Source: an uncultured Verrucomicrobiota bacterium
GTDB taxonomy: Bacteria > Auribacterota > JABMQX01 > JAFGEW01
Direction of reading: 5' to 3'
DNA: 43,437 nucleotides
Assembly (NCBI GenBank): GCA_964550015.1
Contig: CAZJXV010000001.1
Span: 1-43,437, forward strand
The translations under genes and the position numbers were made by a program. A model generated the notes under the pieces. That model searched no databases. It was given only the letters and a program-made list of their open reading frames with translations, and was not told where the DNA came from. This document shows, piece after piece, positions 1-7,670 of this stretch. Every line of letters starts with the position of its first letter. The first letter of the stretch is position 1.

Positions 1-1
1 C

Positions 2-937
2 ATCATGAGCTCGAAGGTGGTGCGGATCACCTCGGGGATGAACGTCGGCGAGGCCACCCGGGCATGCCGCGAGCAGTTCGACAAGGACACGCCCGGCTCG
101 ATCTTCGTCACCGGCGAGGACGGGCGGCTCGCCGGCGAGCTCCGCGTGCGCGACCTGCTGTTCTCGCCCGAGGCAACGCCGCTTTCGCTGATCATGAACC
201 CCGACGTGGTGAGCGTCGAGGCGGACACCGACCAGGAGGAGGTCGGCAACCTGTTCCGCAAGTACGACCTGCTGGCGCTGCCGGTGGTGGACGAGGCGGG
301 GCGGCTCGTCGGCGCGATCACCGTGGACGACGTGCTCGAGGTGATCGAGGAGGAGGACAGCGAGGACATCCACCGGCTGGCGGGCACGGCCGAGCGCGAG
401 CCGTTCACGGAGCCGCTGTGGAAGAAGGCGGCCGGGCGGCTGCCGTGGCTGGCGGTGACGTTCGTGGGCGAGCTGGTGCTGGTGTTCGTGCTCAAGTCGT
501 TCGGGACGCCGCTGCAGCAGTTCCTGGTGATCGCCGCGTTCCTGCCGCTGCAGGTGGCGATGGCGGGCAACGTGGCGCTGCAGATCTCGACCGTGCTGGT
601 GCGCGGGCTCGCGGTGGGCGACACCGAGCCGCGCGACCTCTTCTACAATCTCCGGCGCGAGGTGCCCGTAGCCCTGCTGCTCGGGCTGGTGTTCAGCGTG
701 CTGGCGGGCACGGCGGCGGGGCTGCTGGCGGCCCGGGCGGTCATCGGCGTAATGATCGGCGTGGCGATGGCGGGCGCGGTGCTGATCGCCTCGGTCAACG
801 CGGTGCTCATCCCGCTGACTTGCTCGCGGCTGGGCATTGACCCGGCGGTCGTGAGCGGCCCGTTCGTCACCGTCCTCAACGACATCCTCGGCGGCGTGGT
901 GTACGTGGTCGTGGGCGCGCTCCTGCTCGGCGGCTGA
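2..937 (+). CDS. mgtE: Mg2+ transporter MgtE, 5'-truncated at the window edge (CBS pair plus MgtE membrane domain)
   Basis: The frame is open back to base 2. Translation begins inside the CBS pair (...IMNPDVVSVEADTDQEEVGNLFRKYDLLALPVVDEAGRLVGAITVDDVLEVIEEEDSEDI...). Hydrophobic helices follow, ending ...DILGGVVYVVVGALLLGG. The MgtE N-domain is absent, so the gene continues upstream. Stop TGA at 935-937. Confidence 0.9.
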   Translation: MMSSKVVRITSGMNVGEATRACREQFDKDTPGSIFVTGEDGRLAGELRVRDLLFSPEATPLSLIMNPDVVSVEADTDQEEVGNLFRKYDLLALPVVDEAGRLVGAITVDDVLEVIEEEDSEDIHRLAGTAEREPFTEPLWKKAAGRLPWLAVTFVGELVLVFVLKSFGTPLQQFLVIAAFLPLQVAMAGNVALQISTVLVRGLAVGDTEPRDLFYNLRREVPVALLLGLVFSVLAGTAAGLLAARAVIGVMIGVAMAGAVLIASVNAVLIPLTCSRLGIDPAVVSGPFVTVLNDILGGVVYVVVGALLLGG

Positions 938-947
938 GCGCCGGGCC

Positions 948-1910
948 TCAGCGGGGGGCGGTGGTCGTCATGCGGGTGGGTTTGGCGGCGTAGGGCATGA
1001 CGCCGAGGAATTCGCGGACTTTGCGGATGGTGTCGGGCTGGTCAATGATGGTGACGGTGCCGAAGGTGTCGTTGAACCACAGCGCCCTGTGGTGGCGGCG
1101 GTGCTCGTCGTCGCCGGCGCGCACGAGGCGCAGGAGGCCGGAGAAGTTCAGGTCGGCGATGTTGAGGGCGGGCTCGGGGTCGTTGTCGAGCCAGCGGAGG
1201 TCCACAAGGCTGATGATGGCGACGACGTTGCCGTGCGGCTGGCCGGTGGTGACGGCCTTGTAGGTGGACTCGTCGGTGATGAGGGTGGCGAGCTTGGCGA
1301 CGAGCTCGGCGCGGCCCGAGATGCTCGCCTTGCTCCTGCGCCGCTCGTAGGAGACGACGGCTTCCTGCTCGCCGGGGTCGTCGAGCATGAGCTCCTGGAG
1401 CAGGTTGCGCTCGAGGAGGTCTTCGAGGCGGCCGCGCTCGAGCGGGTCGAGCTTGAGAGTCCGGACGAGGTAGGGCTGGTCGAAGGTGTCCTTGGGGACG
1501 GTGTCGAGGTAGTCGCGGCGTTTCCAGAGGACCTCGCGGTACACGGGGCGGCGCTCGTCCTGGCCGTGCCAGCGGCCGCGGTGGTCGAAGTAGCCCCAGC
1601 CGTAGTCGCGGCGATGGATGATCTTGACAACCTCCCACCGGCCGAGGTTCCAGATGTAGCCCGATTTGGGGCCGGGCGTGACGCCCTCGGGGATCGGCAC
1701 CCAGCGGCGGATGACGGGGTCGTAGGCGCGGGTGTTGACCCATTGCTCCCAGGCGGACGGCGCCTCTTGCCTAGCCGGCTCGGCCGCCGGCTCGGCGGGC
1801 GTCTCGGTGTTTGTCTCGGCCGGTTCCGCCGGCTCGGTGTCTTGGCCCGCGACAGCGGGCAGCGCGAGTCCCAGGACAATCAGCGGTAGGATGAGTAAGA
1901 CGGCGCGCAT
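948..1910 (-). CDS. secreted protein of unknown function (paralog family 1, short member)
   Basis: Signal peptide MRAVLLILPLIVLGLALPAVAG, then a P/E/T/A-rich linker and a W/Y/G/R-rich middle. The C-terminal ~120 aa align with the C-terminus of 2249..3838 (STYKAVTTGQPHGNVVAIISLV...FNDTFGTVTIIDQPDTIRKVREFL versus STFDAVTEPDRHGNTAAVVPLV...LNAEFGTATVVDEADNLERAFTFM). SD-like GGGAGTGGGG lies upstream of ATG 1910. Confidence 0.75.
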   Translation of the reverse strand: MRAVLLILPLIVLGLALPAVAGQDTEPAEPAETNTETPAEPAAEPARQEAPSAWEQWVNTRAYDPVIRRWVPIPEGVTPGPKSGYIWNLGRWEVVKIIHRRDYGWGYFDHRGRWHGQDERRPVYREVLWKRRDYLDTVPKDTFDQPYLVRTLKLDPLERGRLEDLLERNLLQELMLDDPGEQEAVVSYERRRSKASISGRAELVAKLATLITDESTYKAVTTGQPHGNVVAIISLVDLRWLDNDPEPALNIADLNFSGLLRLVRAGDDEHRRHHRALWFNDTFGTVTIIDQPDTIRKVREFLGVMPYAAKPTRMTTTAPR

Positions 1911-2117
1911 GCGATCACCCCACTCCCTTCGACTGTGCTCAGGGCGGGCCGTTCAGTCTCGACCCCTCTGCGGTCCTCTGCGCGAGGCCTTGTTCTACGC
2001 TCTCACCGAGACGCAGAGCACGCAGGAAATGGCTCCTTAACTTCTTATGACACGCGGCACACACCGCAAGTTCCCGAAGCGTCATCCAACCCGCATTTCT
2101 GACGGCGCGCAGGGCGC

Positions 2118-2213
2118 GGGAAAAATAGGGACAGGCACCTATTTTTCTGCGCCAGGGCGCATCAAATGTGTTCAGCACCCACAGAAAAATAGGTGCCTGT
2201 CCCTATTTTTCCC
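2118..2213. repeat. perfect 32-bp inverted repeat with a 32-nt spacer; each arm contains its own A5/T5-flanked hairpin
   Basis: Arm 1 (2118-2149) is GGGAAAAATAGGGACAGGCACCTATTTTTCTG. Arm 2 (2182-2213) is CAGAAAAATAGGTGCCTGTCCCTATTTTTCCC, its exact reverse complement. Within each arm AAAAATAGG pairs with CCTATTTTT. The element lies between the stop of 2249..3838 and the start of 948..1910. Confidence 0.9.
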
Positions 2214-2248
2214 ATTGCTCGGCGTCGGCTCTCTGTGAAAAATGCACG

Positions 2249-3838
2249 CTAGCGGCGCACCAGCTCCCGGGGGACGAACGGGCGCGTCTCCATGAAGGTG
2301 AAGGCGCGTTCCAGGTTGTCTGCCTCGTCAACCACGGTGGCGGTGCCGAACTCGGCGTTGAGCCAGGTCCGCTTGCCGTGGGCGGCGTATCGCGGGTCGC
2401 GGTCCTCGAGCATGCGGCGCATGGCGGTGAAGTTTTCCTGCGCAAGCCGCACGGCGCCGCTGTAGTCGTCCTCGAGGTAGAGGGGCGAGACGAGCGGGAC
2501 GACGGCGGCCGTGTTGCCGTGGCGGTCGGGCTCGGTGACGGCGTCGAAGGTGCTGCGGTCACGCACGAGGGTCTCGATCACGGCGATGCGCTCGGAGGGG
2601 GCGGTGAGCGTCAGCCGGCTCGCGCGCGGGTCGAAGTCGTAGTCGAAGTTGCCTTCCGGGTCTCCCTCGTCGAGAATTTGCTGGAGGATGCCGCCCGCGA
2701 TCAGGACGTCGGCGCGGCTGCGCTCGGCGCTCGAGAGGGGCAGCTCCTTGACGAGAACGGTGTCGACGACCTGCTCCTTGCGGATGAAGTCGCCGTCGTA
2801 CACGAGAACGCCCTCGTCGTCCTCGGCGGCGAACTCGTCCCAGTAGTCCTGGCTGACCCAGGGGGGCTCGCGGCGCTCGACGTAATAGACGTCGCGGGTG
2901 TCTATCCAGTAGCCGTAGTAGAGGACGCAGCCGTAGCGGTAGCCCGTCGGGCGTGCGTGCCAGGTGCCGTTGTACCAGTACGGCGCGCCCGGTCCGGAAT
3001 GGATGGACAGACAGGTCCCGCCACGCCTGTAGGTGAACGCGAAGGCCGAGGCCCACCGGTGGCTGCTGCGGTGGCGTTCGTGCTCGCGGCGGTAATCGCG
3101 GTAACGGTGTCGGCGCGAGCGGCCGCTGTCCCCGTCACGGTCGTGCGAGCGGTCGCGACGCGAACCGTCGCGGTACGAACGATCGCGGCGGTCGTCCGCG
3201 CGGTCGCGGTGGTCGTCAACGTTGCCGCCGCGGCGGACGTTGCCGGTGGTGCGGCGGGAGACCGTTCGCGAAGGCGTGAAGGTGAATGTGTCGCCGTCGC
3301 TGCGCCGGCGGGTGGTGTACGTTGATGAGCGGCGTGTCGTCGTCAGGTCGGTCCGGGTGCGGATGCGCGGGGTGGAGGACGACGAGCGGGTCGTGGTGGT
3401 GCGGCGCGTGCCGGCGATCCCGATGCCTCGGTCGCGCGTGCGCGTCTTGTTCGTCGTGTACGTTGATGACCGGCGCGTCGTCGTCAGGTCGGTCCGCGTC
3501 CGGCTGCGCGGGGTGGAGTCCGACGTGCGGGTCGTGGTGGTGCGGCGCGTGCCGGCGATCCCAATGCCTCGGTCGCGCGTGCGCGTCTTGTTCGTCGTGG
3601 TGGTTGACGTGCGGGTCGTCACGGGGGCCGAACGGCGCACGGTGCCCGTGCTGCGTCGGACGTTGCCCGTGCTGTGGCGCACGGTGCGGACGTTGCCGCG
3701 CGTGTTGGGGATGCCGATCCCGGTCTCCTCACCGCTGCGCTTCGACGAGCGGACGTATCGGGTGGCCGCGGGGGCCGCATCCGGGAGGAGCACGGCGAGG
3801 GATGCGGCGGCGATGACGAGGGTGGTGGCGCGTTTCAT
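2249..3838 (-). CDS. secreted protein of unknown function with an extremely basic R/T/S- and R/D/H-rich repeat region (paralog family 1, long member)
   Basis: Signal peptide MKRATTLVIAAASLAVLLPDAAPAA. About 250 aa of low complexity follows (GNVRR motifs, two 47-aa repeats TNKTRTRDRGIGIAGTRRTTTTR..., then RDRADDRRDRSYRDGSRRDRSHDRD...RRHRYRDYRREHERHRSSHRW). Next is a Y/W/G-rich segment, then a C-terminal domain paralogous to 948..1910. The protein logic (signal peptide plus conserved C-terminus) supports the minus strand over the antisense ORFs. Confidence 0.75.
   Translation of the reverse strand: MKRATTLVIAAASLAVLLPDAAPAATRYVRSSKRSGEETGIGIPNTRGNVRTVRHSTGNVRRSTGTVRRSAPVTTRTSTTTTNKTRTRDRGIGIAGTRRTTTTRTSDSTPRSRTRTDLTTTRRSSTYTTNKTRTRDRGIGIAGTRRTTTTRSSSSTPRIRTRTDLTTTRRSSTYTTRRRSDGDTFTFTPSRTVSRRTTGNVRRGGNVDDHRDRADDRRDRSYRDGSRRDRSHDRDGDSGRSRRHRYRDYRREHERHRSSHRWASAFAFTYRRGGTCLSIHSGPGAPYWYNGTWHARPTGYRYGCVLYYGYWIDTRDVYYVERREPPWVSQDYWDEFAAEDDEGVLVYDGDFIRKEQVVDTVLVKELPLSSAERSRADVLIAGGILQQILDEGDPEGNFDYDFDPRASRLTLTAPSERIAVIETLVRDRSTFDAVTEPDRHGNTAAVVPLVSPLYLEDDYSGAVRLAQENFTAMRRMLEDRDPRYAAHGKRTWLNAEFGTATVVDEADNLERAFTFMETRPFVPRELVRR
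3315..3596. repeat. tandem duplication, 2 x 141 bp, inside CDS 2249..3838
   Basis: Unit 1 is 3315-3455 and unit 2 is 3456-3596. Both start GTGTACGTTGATGA. I count about 9 mismatches in 141 by hand alignment. Each unit encodes one 47-aa repeat. Confidence 0.95.
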
Positions 3839-3907
3839 GGGTCTGCCCCTTTCCAGAGTCTCTCCTATTAGAACAGACGCAGTGGGCCAAAGGTTTCTTC
3901 AATTAAT

Positions 3908-3936
3908 ATTCTAGGCCGTGAAATAATTTCTGTCAA
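3908..3936 (-). promoter_or_regulatory. sigma70-like promoter for 2249..3838 (TTGACA-17 nt-TAGAAT on the minus strand)
   Basis: This is the only AT-rich stretch in the region. On the plus strand TGTCAA at 3931-3936 is the -35 box and ATTCTA at 3908-3913 is the -10 box, with a 17-nt spacer. It sits about 70 nt upstream of ATG 3838, with GGAAAGGGG as a possible SD. Confidence 0.45.
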
Positions 3937-3974
3937 AGGTAATTATATGCACATGGTGGGTGGGATTGATGGGG

Positions 3975-5255
3975 TCAGTCGGGGAGCTTGTTGCCCGCGT
4001 AGCGCAATCTCAATACTGTCGTGTAGAATTGATCCTGTTCCCCGCCGGCCTGTGGATTGGTCAGCGTCAGGGATAACTTGACGGACAGGTCAACCGGGAT
4101 CCCGCTGGCCTCTGCGACGTATGCCAGACCGCTCGCCTCGTAGCTGCCCTTCCAGCCATCTCGCATGTGCTCAGCCTCTTCTTTCGGAAGGTCAGCCTTG
4201 GCGTGATGGAGGAGCTTGAAGCAGAGATGATCACGATGGCGGACTAAGGATTCAATCCTGTAGGTTGCCTTCGTTGCCAAGTATTCCATTCTTCCGTCGC
4301 GTGCGAGGTCGGGAATAGCGTAAACCGCATCCTGCGGCCAAGCATGCCCTGGCTTTGCTGACTGTTTCGGATAGAGGGGGAGTGCGCCGAGAATCCCCGT
4401 TATCCCGCACCAGGGAAGCTGCTCGAGCCAGAATCGCTGCCCGATCCAGTATTTCTCGGGATCGATCAGACCTCCTCTCGTGGAGAAGACTACGGTGATC
4501 ACCCGGCCCAAGAAGTTCCGAACGTCCGGCATCGACTCGGCGAGGAAGTCGTGGGGGGCGATCCATTTCCCTGTGCTCCACATCCTGGGTCCCTTTTCAT
4601 CGACGATGAGCCTGGGAGTAGGACCGCCCCGGTGCGTAAAGCCATACCACCTCTCCCACCGAAACGAGTGATAACGAAGCGTTGCCGTTATTGTGCCCTT
4701 CTCGTCGTCGCGCTTTTCTCCTGTGATGCTGAACGCGACTTGAATCATCGTCTTTCTTATTTGGCGGCCGTTAGCACGCGAGGGTGGGTTCTCCTGACCG
4801 GGTAATCGCTCAAGCGGATAATCCTCAACGATTGTTACTGTCGCCTCATAGACTTGCACGTCTCCAGGACTCAGGCGGAATCTGAGAAGACCGGCATCAC
4901 TCTCGGCCTTCTTAGTGGATGGCAACGCCGATTGCGCCGCTTCAACGCGCTGGGTCGCCTCTGAATCTGTCAGCTTTCGCTTTGCCTGCTCGCTCAATTC
5001 AAGAGCGTCGACGGCCATCCAGCCGCGGGCGCCGCCGGTCGTGGTCGGGAGGTAGCCGTACACCCACTTGCCGCTCAGCTTCTCGGCTTTGAAGGTCCGG
5101 CCGGCCTCGACCTCGGCAAGGACCTTGCCCTTGGTGTCGTAGAGCTTGGTGGGGGTCTTCACTGTAATCTCGACCGCTGTGGCGGCGGCTCCCACGAACA
5201 GAATTACGCCGATGAAGGTCGCATACTCCAAGATCTGCTTGCACATGATTCCCAT
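3975..5255 (-). CDS. secreted SH3b-domain protein with a beta-rich C-terminal domain of unknown function (paralog family 2, copy 3 of the operon)
   Basis: N-terminal hydrophobic signal or anchor, then a bacterial SH3-like segment (ITVKTPTKLYDTKGKVLAEVEAGRTFKAEKLSGKWVYGYLPTTTGGARGWMAVDALELS). It then reads LLRFRLSPGDVQVYEA... and ends ...LRLRYAGNKLPD. These landmarks are shared with 5266..6423 and 6448..7608. An alternative ATG lies at 5246. Confidence 0.8.
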   Translation of the reverse strand: MGIMCKQILEYATFIGVILFVGAAATAVEITVKTPTKLYDTKGKVLAEVEAGRTFKAEKLSGKWVYGYLPTTTGGARGWMAVDALELSEQAKRKLTDSEATQRVEAAQSALPSTKKAESDAGLLRFRLSPGDVQVYEATVTIVEDYPLERLPGQENPPSRANGRQIRKTMIQVAFSITGEKRDDEKGTITATLRYHSFRWERWYGFTHRGGPTPRLIVDEKGPRMWSTGKWIAPHDFLAESMPDVRNFLGRVITVVFSTRGGLIDPEKYWIGQRFWLEQLPWCGITGILGALPLYPKQSAKPGHAWPQDAVYAIPDLARDGRMEYLATKATYRIESLVRHRDHLCFKLLHHAKADLPKEEAEHMRDGWKGSYEASGLAYVAEASGIPVDLSVKLSLTLTNPQAGGEQDQFYTTVLRLRYAGNKLPD

Positions 5256-5265
5256 TGCGGCGGGT

Positions 5266-6423
5266 CTAGTCCAGCCGGTCCCCCTTATAGCGGATACGTA
5301 GGTTACCTGCGGTCTCCAAGCTGACGGCAGAATCCAGCAGACTGAAGGTCTCCGTACGCAACGTTTTGAGCGTCACGTCAAGATGGATTCCAGTCGCCTC
5401 ATCAACGTAGATAACGCCACTTGCTGCTTCCTTAAGCGCCTTTCCCGCTGTGTTGGTTAGATCGAAGCGAAGCTTCACGCAAGCCCTGTTCCCGTAAATC
5501 AGTCGCTCCAGGACCGTCCACTTATACCTCTTGCTGACAGCGACACTCACGTCAGGATGCGCGTCGCTGGTGAGCCGCTCGCTGCTTTCCTTTACCCAGG
5601 AGTCTCCAACGCGTACGGGATTCTCGGGAAACGAGCACAGGAAACCTAAGAACGCTTCGATATTCGTTCCGTGCAGGCGGGTATCGAGGTTCGCCCTCGG
5701 CACGATCCGTCCTTGGGTTCTGAATCTTGCAGAGTACGTCTGTGTCCAGAATCCTGACATGTCCCCGCCAAGCTTTGGCGATCCCCACTTCAGCGACGAG
5801 ATCAACGTACCGTCCTTCTTGTAGCAATGAACGCCGGTCATGTCGAAGACCGTGCGCTCCCCCTGGTCATCAAGTCCAACTTGCTCAAGGCGGTAGCGAT
5901 GGACCCGGACTTCTGCAAGCGTGCCGCCGCCGGCCAGCTGCTTCTTGCCTAGAAAGCTATAACCGATTTCCAGCGTATGGGAGGCTGCCGAGGTTTCCCT
6001 TGTCCCCTCCTGTGTTACTACCATGTTCAGCGTGTTCTTGCACACGGCCTCATACGCTTGGCGTTCTCCTGGTCTCAGCCTAAAGCGGAGAAGAACCGGA
6101 TCGCGGCGCGGCGCTCCCTCGTTTGCCAGGGCGGGCTTGACAATGGTGAGCGTTCGCCTCGCCTGGTTGCTCAATTCGAGAGCGTCGACGGCCATCCAGC
6201 CGCGGGCGCCGCCGGTGTCGGTGGGGAGGTAGCCGTAGACCCACTTGCCGCTCAGCTTCTCGGCCTTGAAGGTCCGGCCGGCTTCGGCCTCGGCGAGGAC
6301 CTTGCCCTTGGTGTCGTAGAGCCTCGTGTCCGTTTTGACGGTGACCTCAACGGCGCGGGCACAGGCGGCCATCAGGACGAGGACGACGATGAGGAAAGTG
6401 CGGGTGGCTGTCGCGCCTGCCAT
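5266..6423 (-). CDS. secreted SH3b-domain protein, paralog family 2 (copy 2)
   Basis: Signal peptide MAGATATRTFLIVVLVLMAACARA. The SH3-like segment is about 90% identical to the copy at 3975..5255. It then reads LLRFRLRPGERQAYEA... and ends ...LRIRYKGDRLD. It lies 10 nt upstream of the next copy. Confidence 0.8.
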   Translation of the reverse strand: MAGATATRTFLIVVLVLMAACARAVEVTVKTDTRLYDTKGKVLAEAEAGRTFKAEKLSGKWVYGYLPTDTGGARGWMAVDALELSNQARRTLTIVKPALANEGAPRRDPVLLRFRLRPGERQAYEAVCKNTLNMVVTQEGTRETSAASHTLEIGYSFLGKKQLAGGGTLAEVRVHRYRLEQVGLDDQGERTVFDMTGVHCYKKDGTLISSLKWGSPKLGGDMSGFWTQTYSARFRTQGRIVPRANLDTRLHGTNIEAFLGFLCSFPENPVRVGDSWVKESSERLTSDAHPDVSVAVSKRYKWTVLERLIYGNRACVKLRFDLTNTAGKALKEAASGVIYVDEATGIHLDVTLKTLRTETFSLLDSAVSLETAGNLRIRYKGDRLD

Positions 6424-6447
6424 GGGTCTGTTCTCTCTCGTGGCGGT

Positions 6448-7608
6448 TCACTCGGACTTGTTGCCCGCGTAGCGCATGGCTATCGTGGTTGCTTCCTTGC
6501 CGGTAAGCACGGCGCCGCCGGCGGGCCGTGTCACGGTCAGGGAGGTCGTTGTGCTGGCGTAGAGTGTAATGCCTCGCGCTTCGTGGACGAGGTAGACGCC
6601 TTCCGTGGTCCAGACGGCGCGCGTGTCGGTGAGGGACTCGTCCTGGGCCGACGCGCCTTCGACGCGAATCTTCACGCACGGCTGCTTGAGGTACGTTGTC
6701 CGTTCGAGGACGGTGTACTTGGCCTTGCCGGTGAGCGACACGCTGCGGTCCTCGCCCGTCGGATCGGACACCGTGCCTTGAAGCTGCTGCTCCCAGGAGT
6801 CGCCGGGACGTACCGGGTCTTCGGGGAAGACGAGGTCGCCCACGAGCGATCCGCCGGGCTCTATGCCTGCTTCCACGAGGGTGGCTTCGAACCCTGAGCC
6901 GCCCCCCGTTCGGTTCCGCTCGTCAATTTGGACTCGGACGGGAACGTCGAGAAACTTCGAGAGGTCGGGCATCGCGGCGAGCTCCGGGGCTCCCCACGTG
7001 CCGGAGAAGACGAGCACGCCGTCGCGATGAAGCGCGACGTGTTTCTCGTTGGCCTTGACGGTGACCGTGACGTGGTTTTGGGTGACTTCTCCTGCGAGGC
7101 GCAGCTTGTTGAAGGCCATCTCCGCGGTGTACAGGCCGTCGTCGGTCCGGCCCTTGCACAGGATGCGGAGCCCGATCTCTGTTTTGAACGTCTGGGCTTC
7201 CCTGAGTGTTGTTGAACGGCCCCGCTTCTCGATGAGTTCCTTGCTCCAGGCCATGTCCACGTCATAGAGCTGGAGCTCGCCGGGCTCGAGCCGGTAGCGC
7301 AGCAGGACGGGCTCGACGTTCTTGCCGGTGGTGATCGGGATGTTCAGCGCGCGCCGGGCGTCGTCGTCGAGGTCGAGGGCAGCGAGCGGGATCCAGCCGC
7401 GGGCGCCGCCGCCCTTGGTGCGCAGGAAACCGTAGGCCCACTTGCCGCTGACCTTGTCGGCCTCGAACGGGAAGCCGGCTGTGACCTCCCGGACGACCTT
7501 GCCCTGTTTGTCGTAGAGCTTCGTGTCGGTCTTGACGAAGACCTTCACGGCAGCGGGGGCGGGTGCTGTGAGGAGCACGAGAATGGCGATCAGGCACGTG
7601 CGTTTCAT
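6448..7608 (-). CDS. secreted SH3b-domain protein, paralog family 2 (copy 1, first gene of the operon)
   Basis: ATG at 7608 is preceded by GGGAGG and a 6-nt spacer; the ORF-track start at 7632 is probably too far upstream. Signal peptide MKRTCLIAILVLLTAPAPAA, SH3-like VKVFVKTDTKLYDKQGKVVREVTAGFPFEADKVSGKWAYGFLRTKGGGARGWIPLAAL, then LLRYRLEPGELQLYDV..., ending ...IAMRYAGNKSE. Confidence 0.8.
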   Translation of the reverse strand: MKRTCLIAILVLLTAPAPAAVKVFVKTDTKLYDKQGKVVREVTAGFPFEADKVSGKWAYGFLRTKGGGARGWIPLAALDLDDDARRALNIPITTGKNVEPVLLRYRLEPGELQLYDVDMAWSKELIEKRGRSTTLREAQTFKTEIGLRILCKGRTDDGLYTAEMAFNKLRLAGEVTQNHVTVTVKANEKHVALHRDGVLVFSGTWGAPELAAMPDLSKFLDVPVRVQIDERNRTGGGSGFEATLVEAGIEPGGSLVGDLVFPEDPVRPGDSWEQQLQGTVSDPTGEDRSVSLTGKAKYTVLERTTYLKQPCVKIRVEGASAQDESLTDTRAVWTTEGVYLVHEARGITLYASTTTSLTVTRPAGGAVLTGKEATTIAMRYAGNKSE

Positions 7609-7641
7609 GGCAAACCTCCCGCGCAAACCCATACAAATTAC

Positions 7642-7670
7642 ACTCTAGCACAGGCGTGAGGATTCTGCAA
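7642..7670 (-). promoter_or_regulatory. possible sigma70-like promoter for the SH3 paralog operon (TTGCAG-17 nt-TAGAGT on the minus strand)
   Basis: On the plus strand CTGCAA at 7665-7670 is the -35 box and ACTCTA at 7642-7647 is the -10 box, with a 17-nt spacer. It lies in the divergent intergenic region between 7608 and 7823. Confidence 0.35.

Noticed and set aside
2168-3914. Plus-strand ORFs 2168..3325, 3222..3914 and 3286..3816 opposite the family-1 long gene
   Set aside because: The minus-strand reading has a signal peptide and a C-terminal domain paralogous to 948..1910. The plus-strand products are V/R/G-rich mirror images of the repeats.
4992-6322. Diversity-generating retroelement (template/variable repeat pair) explaining the near-identical SH3 blocks
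   Set aside because: The ~10 mismatches are not adenine-specific. The identical part is the conserved N-terminal domain rather than a C-terminal variable region. No reverse transcriptase is present.
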